Origin: Vicinamibacteria bacterium | GTDB taxonomy: Bacteria > Acidobacteriota > Vicinamibacteria > Vicinamibacterales > UBA8438 | Assembly: GCA_963578805.1 (NCBI GenBank) | Contig: CAUZDY010000002.1 | Span: 11,954 to 75,953, forward strand | Direction of reading: 5' to 3' | DNA: 64,000 bases | Notes under the pieces: model-generated | The model's database searches: none | What the model was told of the DNA's origin: nothing | What the model saw: only the letters and a program-made list of their open reading frames with translations | Part shown: one piece after another, positions 17,143 to 23,819 of the stretch | Layout of the letters: every line of letters starts with the position of its first letter | How positions within the stretch are numbered: the first letter of the stretch is position 1 | Made by a program: the position numbers and the translations under genes

Positions 17143-17619
17143 TCATTGCGGAGGAGGAGGCGGCGGCGGCGCGACCGGAGCCCCGTCCTCTATCCGGACG
17201 TTCGGAAGCGCCTCCTGTAGGTTGGCTATGTCCGCGTCGGTGAATAGTGGAAATGGCGTCGGAGTGCTCAGATACCGGCTACCGCTGAGTGCGAGCTGAC
17301 GCAACGCAGGCATCTTCTGGAAGTGGACGAGACCGGCGGCAGTGACCTGGGTGCCCCAGAGATAGAGCGTCTCCAGCGCCGCCAACCCCGTGAGGTGCAC
17401 CACGCCCGCGTCGGTGACCGCAGTGCGGGAGAGGCGCACCTCTACAACCTCCCCCTGTTCGTTTTGGCTCACGCGGCAGCAGGAACCACCGCCGAGTGTC
17501 TCCACCAGCGTCTCCAACGTCGTAGGAGACGTCGGTTCCTGCTGTGCCGTGACCGGCGTACTGAACGACACGGCGGCAACGGCGACAACGATCAGACGTG
17601 CGTGGTGATGGGTCATCAC
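17143..17619 (-). CDS. Secreted leucine-rich-repeat protein with poly-proline tail
   Basis: Signal peptide (ARLIVVAVAAVSFSTPVTAQQ). LRR units (LSRTAVTDAGVVHLTGLAALETLYLWGTQVTAAGLVHFQKMPALRQLAL). C-terminal PPPPPPPQ. Confidence 0.7.
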   Translation of the reverse strand: MMTHHHARLIVVAVAAVSFSTPVTAQQEPTSPTTLETLVETLGGGSCCRVSQNEQGEVVEVRLSRTAVTDAGVVHLTGLAALETLYLWGTQVTAAGLVHFQKMPALRQLALSGSRYLSTPTPFPLFTDADIANLQEALPNVRIEDGAPVAPPPPPPPQ

Positions 17620-17935
17620 GTCTCTAGCCTAGCGCGGCGCGGCGGGCGGTTCAATGCGACGGCTCTCCGTCTCGCTATGTGTGATCACTTTCACAGAGGC
17701 TCTGTGCGCTACGTCATGGTGAGCCTGGTCGTGACTGCCTACACTGTGCGGATGGGCCGCAGACGGACACAGCAGCACTGACGGACGAGCAGTTGGAAGG
17801 AGTCGCAGGGGGCTTTGATATTGGTCCCATTGGTGGGCGTATGCGGGTTGGTTTCAGATCAATTGCCCCGCTGCCTTCGCCCTAACTTCAAGCGCGGATG
17901 AGCCGCAGATATTACCAGCAAGGAGCAAAGACGAT

Positions 17936-18091
17936 GTGTTAACCCTCGAAGAGATAGATGCGCTTAGCGGCGGCGTGGTGCGACGACGACGTCTTCAAGC
18001 GGCGAGACGACTGAACCTGGCGAGTGGGCCTTTTCCCTGTCCGATGACGCCCGCAAGCGTGCCTACACCCTGTCCACTGCGGCGTCGCTGA
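17936..18091 (+). CDS. Candidate double-glycine-leader peptide precursor (51 aa sORF, not in ORF track)
   Basis: GTG start 10 nt after AAGGAG (17920-17925). Translation: MLTLEEIDALSGG-VVRRRRLQAARRLNLASGPFPCPMTPASVPTPCPLRRR. The leader matches the LSxxELxxIxGG consensus. Confidence 0.35.
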   Translation: MLTLEEIDALSGGVVRRRRLQAARRLNLASGPFPCPMTPASVPTPCPLRRR

Positions 18092-18100
18092 TGCCTCAGA

Positions 18101-18224
18101 CCGAAAATTGGCAGCTATACATTTCTGGCGGGCATATATGTAGATCGGCCCCCCCCTGCGGTTTTTGGATCCAAATAAATCGGGCCAGAGAAAAAGGCCG
18201 ACCGGGGGTGCCGAACCCACCCCC
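18101..18224. repeat. Intergenic repeat element, copy B
   Basis: Aligns with copy A. Hairpin 18101-18168 is centred on ATATATGTAGAT. GC hairpin GGGGGTG/CACCCCC (18204-18224) has an adjacent A-run (18191-18195). Confidence 0.6.
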
Positions 18225-18325
18225 TCAAGTGACATGAGTTGACCATTGGGCATCAGAACTGGGCATCAACAGCGACCAGGCCCAGGACTCAGGTCGCCGA
18301 CTGAGCCATTTACCTCAATGTTTAC

Positions 18326-18390
18326 TGGTGCCGAGGGCGGGGTCGAACCCACACGGAGCGTAAACTCCACGGGATTTTGAGTCCCGTGTG
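18326..18390 (-). pseudogene. tRNA-Leu(CAA) 3' fragment (anticodon arm, long variable arm, T-arm, acceptor 3' strand + CCA); 5' half absent
   Basis: Minus strand reads ACGGGA-CTCAAAA-TCCCGT (anticodon CAA), GGAGtttacgCTCC variable arm, GTGGG-TTCGAC-CCCGC, CCTCGGC-A-CCA. No complementary GCCGAGG 5' acceptor strand or D-arm is present. The upstream sequence is the stop region of the di-haem gene. The T-loop is one nt short. Confidence 0.6.
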
Positions 18391-18398
18391 GTGAACGC

Positions 18399-19595
18399 CT
18401 AGAGCGAGTGCAGAAACGCCATGAGTTCGGCGAGTGCCGTCGGGGACACGCCTCCGAGACGCTCCATCGCTGGGCGTGCCTCTCGATCGTGTTTCTGTAA
18501 CGCCTCCGCGATCGTGGCCGCGCTGCCGTCGTGCAGGAGTGGTCGACGGAACCGGAGGCCCCAAAGAGCCGGGGTACGGATCTCTTCCGGTTCACCGTCG
18601 GCTTGGCGAATGCCGTCTCCGGTACCGATGTCATGCAGCAACAGATCGGAAAAGAGTGGCACCGGTTGTCGGTCGAACAACGGATTCGGATTCGTTCCGG
18701 TCATCAGTGTTGGCACGTGACACGTCGCACATCCAACTGCTCTAAACACCTCTTCCCCGGCCAATGAATCGGGTGTGGTCGCCCCGCGAGGCAAAGGAGC
18801 CAGAAACTTCATGAACGCCTCAAAATTGTCAATGCCGCGAAGACCGGTCCCTAGGTCGGGAACGTCCTCCGGGTCATCGATCGGGTCGCAGTCGCGAAGT
18901 TGAGCATCGGAAAGATGGAACGTAAGCTCCTCGGGAAACAGGTCGTTGGTGATCCCCATCTCATTGCGATACGCATCACCGCTAAAGTCGAGAAGTGAGG
19001 CCACCTGGGACTTCCACCCGAATTTACCAACTCGACGATCCCCAGAGGATCGGTCAGTTACCATGGCCGCCCGGCCACTCACACCATCTAGGTCCAGGTC
19101 AGACGGGTCCTCGAGGGCACGGATTGAGTCGTCCGAAATCGCCTCGACCAGCCCAGCGCCAAAAACTGGGATGGGAACCCGTCGGGCGATAATATTCGCC
19201 TCGGGGGGAATGACAGACTGACAGCCGTGGGTGGGAATCGAGAACAGTTGAAAGAGTGAGCCGCGTGACGGGTCGAAGTCCTCGAACTCGCCGTTGGCCA
19301 AACGCCTTCCAGCCCGCACGGTTGTCACCGGCGCGATTCCACCGATGGCCGGGATACTGTGGCATTCTGCGCAACTGGTACCATTGTAGGCAGGACCCAG
19401 ACCTTCTTCTGCGGTTTCGACCTCGAGAAAATCCTCCAGACCCAACCTGAACGCCTCGAACTCAGCTGGTGTTAGACCCGGAAGAGGATCTCCAGGTTGT
19501 GGAGACCGCTGTGCATCGGGAGCGACCTGCAACATCGCGGCGCCGACCACCGTCACAACCACGATCCTCAGTATGCGATCACGTATCGAGGTCAT
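18399..19595 (-). CDS. Periplasmic di-haem cytochrome c peroxidase-like protein (resembles the DUF1111 family)
   Basis: Signal peptide. Two CxxCH motifs (CAECH, CATCH). GLGPAYNGTSCAECH and FGWK motifs as recalled for DUF1111-type di-haem enzymes. Confidence 0.75.
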   Translation of the reverse strand: MTSIRDRILRIVVVTVVGAAMLQVAPDAQRSPQPGDPLPGLTPAEFEAFRLGLEDFLEVETAEEGLGPAYNGTSCAECHSIPAIGGIAPVTTVRAGRRLANGEFEDFDPSRGSLFQLFSIPTHGCQSVIPPEANIIARRVPIPVFGAGLVEAISDDSIRALEDPSDLDLDGVSGRAAMVTDRSSGDRRVGKFGWKSQVASLLDFSGDAYRNEMGITNDLFPEELTFHLSDAQLRDCDPIDDPEDVPDLGTGLRGIDNFEAFMKFLAPLPRGATTPDSLAGEEVFRAVGCATCHVPTLMTGTNPNPLFDRQPVPLFSDLLLHDIGTGDGIRQADGEPEEIRTPALWGLRFRRPLLHDGSAATIAEALQKHDREARPAMERLGGVSPTALAELMAFLHSL

Positions 19596-19984
19596 GGCTC
19601 GACGACGATAATTTCGCCCTGCATGAAGTTATGCCCGGCACCGCACAGCCGGGAGCACTCAAACCGAAACCTCCCGACTTCGTGCGCCTCAAAGAGTACG
19701 ACCGCTTCGCCCTGCCGGCGTTTCGGCACGGTGAGATTCACGTTGCCGCCAACAATTCGAAAGCCATGCATCGTGTCATCACTGCGGACCCTCAGCTCCA
19801 GTGTCGTCCCGACCGAAACCCGAATCTCAGACGGCGTAAAAGTGAACCGCTCAGCGACGATTTCCACGATGTGATGCTCCTGCGTGCTAGCCCAGTTGGA
19901 ACTCGGCACCAACACGGTCGCCACAACCGCCAGTATCAGGACACAGATCCGACGCAAGATTGCCTGCGTCATTAGAACCACCAT
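19592..19984 (-). CDS. Small periplasmic cupredoxin with CuA-type ligand set
   Basis: MHGFRI ... ECSRLCGAGHNFM gives H-x36-C-x3-C-x3-H-x2-M, the ligand pattern of the cytochrome oxidase subunit II CuA domain. N-terminal signal/anchor. Overlaps both neighbouring genes. Confidence 0.75.
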   Translation of the reverse strand: MVVLMTQAILRRICVLILAVVATVLVPSSNWASTQEHHIVEIVAERFTFTPSEIRVSVGTTLELRVRSDDTMHGFRIVGGNVNLTVPKRRQGEAVVLFEAHEVGRFRFECSRLCGAGHNFMQGEIIVVEP

Positions 19985-21168
19985 CCGAGACCTATGTTCA
20001 ACGAATCTGGCGCCTTGACGACGTCACTCTGACTACGGAGCACGGTGTAGTCGAGCTTGACGGCGATGTCGGGGTCTGGAAAGTAGGTGAGTCCGAATAC
20101 CAAAGCATCTCGGTCGAATTCCTTCAGCGGCTGAAACCCGGTCGGCATCCGGTACTGGGTGTCGAAGTTTTCGTATCTCACAAACAGCGCAAGTTCCCGT
20201 GGCGCCGGCAGCGGACTCACGAAGTAGGAGCTCTCCAGGTAGAAGCCTCGAACCTGCCTGGCCACGTTTGGACTCACACCAACTGTACGCTGCCTGGAGG
20301 CGTTGAGTTCGCCCATTCCGTCCAGGTAGCCGTGGGCATACTCGCCACGGGTCTCAAACTCTCCATAACGATACCGCCCGTCAAACTCGACCATCGTCAC
20401 GCTCGTATCGAATCGTAGGTCCTGGAAGCCGGTGTCGCCACTCCAAAAACTGGTGCCGAGCACGAGCCCCGGATGTCCGACATACTCAAGTCGTCCGGTA
20501 CCGGCCATCGAACGTGCGTTCGATTGAACACCCTTTTGCCGTCCCTCTCGAATTCCCTGGTCTGCGCTGAACCCTGTGGAGTCTAGGGGTGACATCAGGT
20601 AGGCTCGATACCGAAAACCGTGACGAAACTCACCGTGTACGCCGACCCCGCTATCAAACCAGGTCGTCGGAACGATCACGGTATCGACGAACGGTCGCTC
20701 TACCCCATGGAAGACGGGCGGTTCGTGCCGTTCGTTGATGATTCCGACCGGGGCGAGCAGCATGCCGGCACGCACATTGAAGGAACGGGTGATCAGGAAG
20801 TCCACGTACGCCTGCTCCAACTCAAGCTCTCCCGCGGTCTCGTTCGACACCACGGCGTGTTCGAGTTCCAGTTCGGACACAAACCGGATGCGGTCGGAGA
20901 AGCTGTGTGAGAAGAGCAAGACGAAGCGATGAAAATCGAGTCGAGCGTCCTCATCTTCCCTGTTGTTGTAGTGAAAATCCATGTATCCGGAAACCGGCCC
21001 GGTCAAGGAACCTGAGGCCGGATCCCCGGGGTCTGACCCTGACTGGCGTGTTTCAGAACCCAGAGTCTGTGCACTCGACGGTCCAGGCATCGCCATGAAT
21101 CCGAGGAGCATCACAGACGGAATCCATACGATTTTATGTAATAAAAATCTTAATTTTGGGAATATCAT
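19972..21168 (-). CDS. Outer-membrane beta-barrel porin-like protein
   Basis: Signal peptide ending SSA-QT. Alternating beta-strand pattern. C-terminal ...NIGLGWWF (terminal Phe typical of OMPs). Start set at Met 21168 because the promoter and operator occupy 21177-21220. Confidence 0.7.
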   Translation of the reverse strand: MIFPKLRFLLHKIVWIPSVMLLGFMAMPGPSSAQTLGSETRQSGSDPGDPASGSLTGPVSGYMDFHYNNREDEDARLDFHRFVLLFSHSFSDRIRFVSELELEHAVVSNETAGELELEQAYVDFLITRSFNVRAGMLLAPVGIINERHEPPVFHGVERPFVDTVIVPTTWFDSGVGVHGEFRHGFRYRAYLMSPLDSTGFSADQGIREGRQKGVQSNARSMAGTGRLEYVGHPGLVLGTSFWSGDTGFQDLRFDTSVTMVEFDGRYRYGEFETRGEYAHGYLDGMGELNASRQRTVGVSPNVARQVRGFYLESSYFVSPLPAPRELALFVRYENFDTQYRMPTGFQPLKEFDRDALVFGLTYFPDPDIAVKLDYTVLRSQSDVVKAPDSLNIGLGWWF

Positions 21169-21176
21169 ATTTTTTA

Positions 21177-21190
21177 TTTGATATATCAAA
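21177..21190. promoter_or_regulatory. Perfect 14-bp palindrome TTTGATATATCAAA at the predicted transcription start of the porin operon (candidate operator)
   Basis: Seen directly. Lies immediately downstream of the TATAAT -10 on the minus strand. Confidence 0.45.
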
Positions 21191-21191
21191 A

Positions 21192-21220
21192 ATTATAGAA
21201 CGTAGAAGAGTCCTGATCAA
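21192..21220 (-). promoter_or_regulatory. Sigma70-type promoter TTGATC-N17-TATAAT for the porin/cupredoxin/di-haem operon
   Basis: Minus strand: TTGATC (21220-21215), 17-nt spacer, TATAAT (21197-21192), within an AT-rich island. Confidence 0.5.
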
Positions 21221-21341
21221 GTGACAAACTATTGTTTAGGAGAGGTCAACTTCTACGTGTGCCCAACCCGGGCGGTCAGCGGAAACGTTCACGGAAACCG
21301 TCTCTTGACCCTCGCTCGAACCGTCAACTACCATCGACCTC

Positions 21342-21806
21342 TTGCCGATGTACTCAGTCACGAAGCGCATCGACTTCTGCTACGGCCACCGCCTCTTAAA
21401 CTACGATGGAGTCTGCAGACATCTCCACGGCCACAACGCAGTTGTCGAGATAGAGGTCCGCACGGCGTCGCTGGACGATCGTCACATGGTCTGTGACTTC
21501 GGCGACATTAAGCGAACTATCAAAGGGTGGATCGACCAGGAGATCGACCACAAGATGATCCTGCGCCGTGACGACCCTCTGCTCGAACCGCTGCGGCAGC
21601 AGGGCGAGCCAGTCTTCGTCGTAGATGAAAACCCCACGGCCGAGCACATTGCGTTTTTGATCTTTGAGCGGACTCGACACGAACGATTCCAGGTCGTGCG
21701 GGTCACGGTGTGGGAGACCCCCACTTCATTCGCGACGTATGGCGAAGCCGCCGACACCCTTCCAAAACCGCCCGCCGCGACGACCCGGACGGCGAACGTC
21801 GTCTGA
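21342..21806 (+). CDS. queD: 6-carboxy-5,6,7,8-tetrahydropterin synthase (QueD / PTPS family)
   Basis: FCYGHRL...CRHLHGHN...DHMVCDFGDIK is the PTPS/QueD zinc and catalytic motif set. Confidence 0.9.
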   Translation: MPMYSVTKRIDFCYGHRLLNYDGVCRHLHGHNAVVEIEVRTASLDDRHMVCDFGDIKRTIKGWIDQEIDHKMILRRDDPLLEPLRQQGEPVFVVDENPTAEHIAFLIFERTRHERFQVVRVTVWETPTSFATYGEAADTLPKPPAATTRTANVV

Positions 21807-21838
21807 TCTCCGTCACGCGGGCACTGTTCCGTACCGCC

Positions 21839-22303
21839 TCATCGCAACCGGGCACCCGAACCACGGGTCGTCGCGCGCGCAGACCAGTCCGGGTGCACCT
21901 GGATCTTCCGGCCCTTCAGCGGAAGGGCCACCAGGTGACGGTTTCGCTCCGACTTAAAGAACACTTGGTCGACTTTGGCCAACAGGCGAACCAGACCTCG
22001 TTCATCCGGAGCCGAAAGGATTATGACCCCGCTGCCGGCGGCGGGAGGAAACTGTCGATCGTCAAGAAAGTCGTCATCCAGGGTGACCAGCGTGCGCCGC
22101 AGTATCGATGCCGTGTGGTAGTGCTTGATGTCGCTAGCCCGTCGCATTGTCTCGTCTTCAATAACTGCGAAGACATCCCAGGTGAGACGCCGGCGCATAT
22201 GGTCCAAGATACCAGCTGGCACGTTGGCGTCAGCATAGACGCGGGGCTTCGACGTCAACTGCTCAACGTGCGACCCAAGCTCCGACGCTAATGTTCTCAC
22301 CAC
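21839..22303 (-). CDS. PIN-like (DUF5615/Mut7-C-like) putative nuclease
   Basis: RVYADANVPAGILDHMRRR...TLVTLDDDFLD...GVIILS resembles the M-x-F-L-A-D-E-N-V / L-T-x-D-K-D-F pattern recalled for DUF5615 toxins. The GTG start directly abuts the upstream TAG. Confidence 0.55.
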   Translation of the reverse strand: MVRTLASELGSHVEQLTSKPRVYADANVPAGILDHMRRRLTWDVFAVIEDETMRRASDIKHYHTASILRRTLVTLDDDFLDDRQFPPAAGSGVIILSAPDERGLVRLLAKVDQVFFKSERNRHLVALPLKGRKIQVHPDWSARATTRGSGARLR

Positions 22304-23485
22304 CTACTCCTTACGGTCACTCTCTGGAAGGCGCGTCGACATCGAGTCTCGAGCCTGGCGCTTGAGCTCAAGCAAAAGGGTTGGGCGCTGGTGATACAGC
22401 GCCTTGCGCGTTCGGCGCCCAGGCTCGGAGCTTACGACGTACTCACAAAACAGCGGAAAGGCGATCGTAGTGTCGCAGTAGGCCACCACGGTGTCGGGCA
22501 ACGCCCCAGGATTGACCTTTCCCCAACTAACCGCCTCGGAGGGCGTGGCGCCAGACAACCCACCCCAGACGACTTGGTCGGTCGTCATCTGAATGAAGTA
22601 GTCGTTCCCGCCCTTCTGGATACCGTAAACCTCCCACAGCGTCGGCTGTCCCTGAAGATAGAAGTTTTTTGGTGAACCGCCACCGAGAATGACACAGCCG
22701 TTCTTCTCGCCGGCCAGGATAATCGCACACACCTCATTCACGTCGAGGTTCGGATCGATCATGAGCCCGCTCTGGTTGATCAGCTCATGAAACGCCAGAT
22801 TCATCCCGATCGAGCTGTCGCCAGGCGAAGAGGTGTAGAGAGGAACGCCTAGTGCGGCGGCCTTCGCAACGACCGAGTACTCTTCACAGCCCGGGTGTCT
22901 GGCTCTTAGGTCTTCACCAAGCCGATAGTGTAACTCCGCCGATGAGACCGGTCCGTCGAGCTTCGCACGTACTAAGAAGTCCCGAAGGTAGGCGTCGGTC
23001 TCGAGAAGGACGTCGGCAGGAAACAGGACGTCATAGATCCGAATGACCCCGTGATCGTAGAGCTCGACGTCATCGAGAAACGGCGAACCTCGACGCAACG
23101 TGAAGTTCAATGCATAGTGGAGATCGTGGTACAGGTTCGCGCCGGTGCTGATCACAAAGTCGACGAGGCCCCGCTCCATTAGCTCAATGACACAGCCACC
23201 AAGACCGGCCGGAGTCATCGCCCCGGCCACTGTCAACCCGATGGTGGTCTCGTGGGCTGAATCCAGCATCCCGTCGGTGAAGATGTGGCAGGCCTCAGAC
23301 AATCGGGCCGCATTGAAGGCTTGAAAACCCTCATCTATAAGCGTGCGAACACCCGCCGCCCCTTTAGGCCGGTAGTAGCTGATCGGCCTGCCTCGGAGAT
23401 AGTCCCGCTGCTGGCTTTGGCCGGGTCCCGTCGACCGGTGAGGCACGTGGGAAGTGTAAACCAACGGTCGAGAGTCGTTGGTCAT
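22304..23485 (-). CDS. Deoxyhypusine synthase-like (homospermidine synthase-like) protein
   Basis: GLVDFVISTGANLYHDLHYAL, ...GGGSPKNF..., and ...ATPSEAVSWGK are DHS-family motifs. The track ORF extends to a TTG at 23533; the start is uncertain. Confidence 0.85.
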   Translation of the reverse strand: MTNDSRPLVYTSHVPHRSTGPGQSQQRDYLRGRPISYYRPKGAAGVRTLIDEGFQAFNAARLSEACHIFTDGMLDSAHETTIGLTVAGAMTPAGLGGCVIELMERGLVDFVISTGANLYHDLHYALNFTLRRGSPFLDDVELYDHGVIRIYDVLFPADVLLETDAYLRDFLVRAKLDGPVSSAELHYRLGEDLRARHPGCEEYSVVAKAAALGVPLYTSSPGDSSIGMNLAFHELINQSGLMIDPNLDVNEVCAIILAGEKNGCVILGGGSPKNFYLQGQPTLWEVYGIQKGGNDYFIQMTTDQVVWGGLSGATPSEAVSWGKVNPGALPDTVVAYCDTTIAFPLFCEYVVSSEPGRRTRKALYHQRPTLLLELKRQARDSMSTRLPESDRKE

Positions 23486-23583
23486 AGATGGTCGAGAGTC
23501 GTCGACAAGCGGCAGGACCGCTGCGAAAGCCAACCCGGTTTTCGAAGTGTGGTTCGGCTCGAGTCCAGAGTCGACAGTCGGCT

Positions 23584-23817
23584 TTATTCAATCCAATCCG
23601 GTCGGCGGCCGCTGATAGCAGTCATGAACAGGGCCGCTCCGGTTCCACCGAGGACTAGACCCAGACCATCCGACACCCAAGACTCCCACGAGAAGTCGAG
23701 CATGAGAAGACTGATAGAGAAGAGGAGGAGAACGGTCCCGACGACGCCCGCGGCGACGCGGGCCTGGGCCAGGCGTAGGAGCCTCCCGCGTGCGCGCCTG
23801 AGCGTCGGCGCCAGCAT
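23584..23817 (-). CDS. Small two-TM membrane protein, hypothetical
   Basis: 77 aa with two hydrophobic helices. Starts 2 nt downstream of the fabI stop. Confidence 0.45.
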   Translation of the reverse strand: MLAPTLRRARGRLLRLAQARVAAGVVGTVLLLFSISLLMLDFSWESWVSDGLGLVLGGTGAALFMTAISGRRPDWIE

Positions 23818-23819
23818 CG

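Noticed and set aside
17936-18168. The Arg-codon-rich sORF (runs of 4 and 3 Arg codons) plus downstream hairpin as an arginine-sensing transcription attenuator
   Set aside because: No plus-strand gene lies downstream to be regulated; the next features are on the minus strand. The hairpin is also not followed by a U-run on the plus strand.
16210-18224. Repeats A/B as the template/variable repeats of a diversity-generating retroelement
   Set aside because: No reverse transcriptase is in the window. The differences include indels and are not restricted to adenine positions. Neither copy lies at the 3' end of a credible target gene.
18326-18412. A complete class-II tRNA-Leu overlapping the 3' end of the di-haem gene
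   Set aside because: Extending the fold 5' gives no strand complementary to the CCTCGGC acceptor strand and no D-arm (GG/AGAC elements). Only the 3' ~62 nt are tRNA-like.
23466-23501. 12-bp direct repeat GGTCGAGAGTCG x2 (spaced 12 nt) at the 5' end of the DHS-like gene, giving DSRP...DSRP
   Set aside because: A short local duplication of unclear significance. It affects only the choice of start codon (23533 vs 23485).
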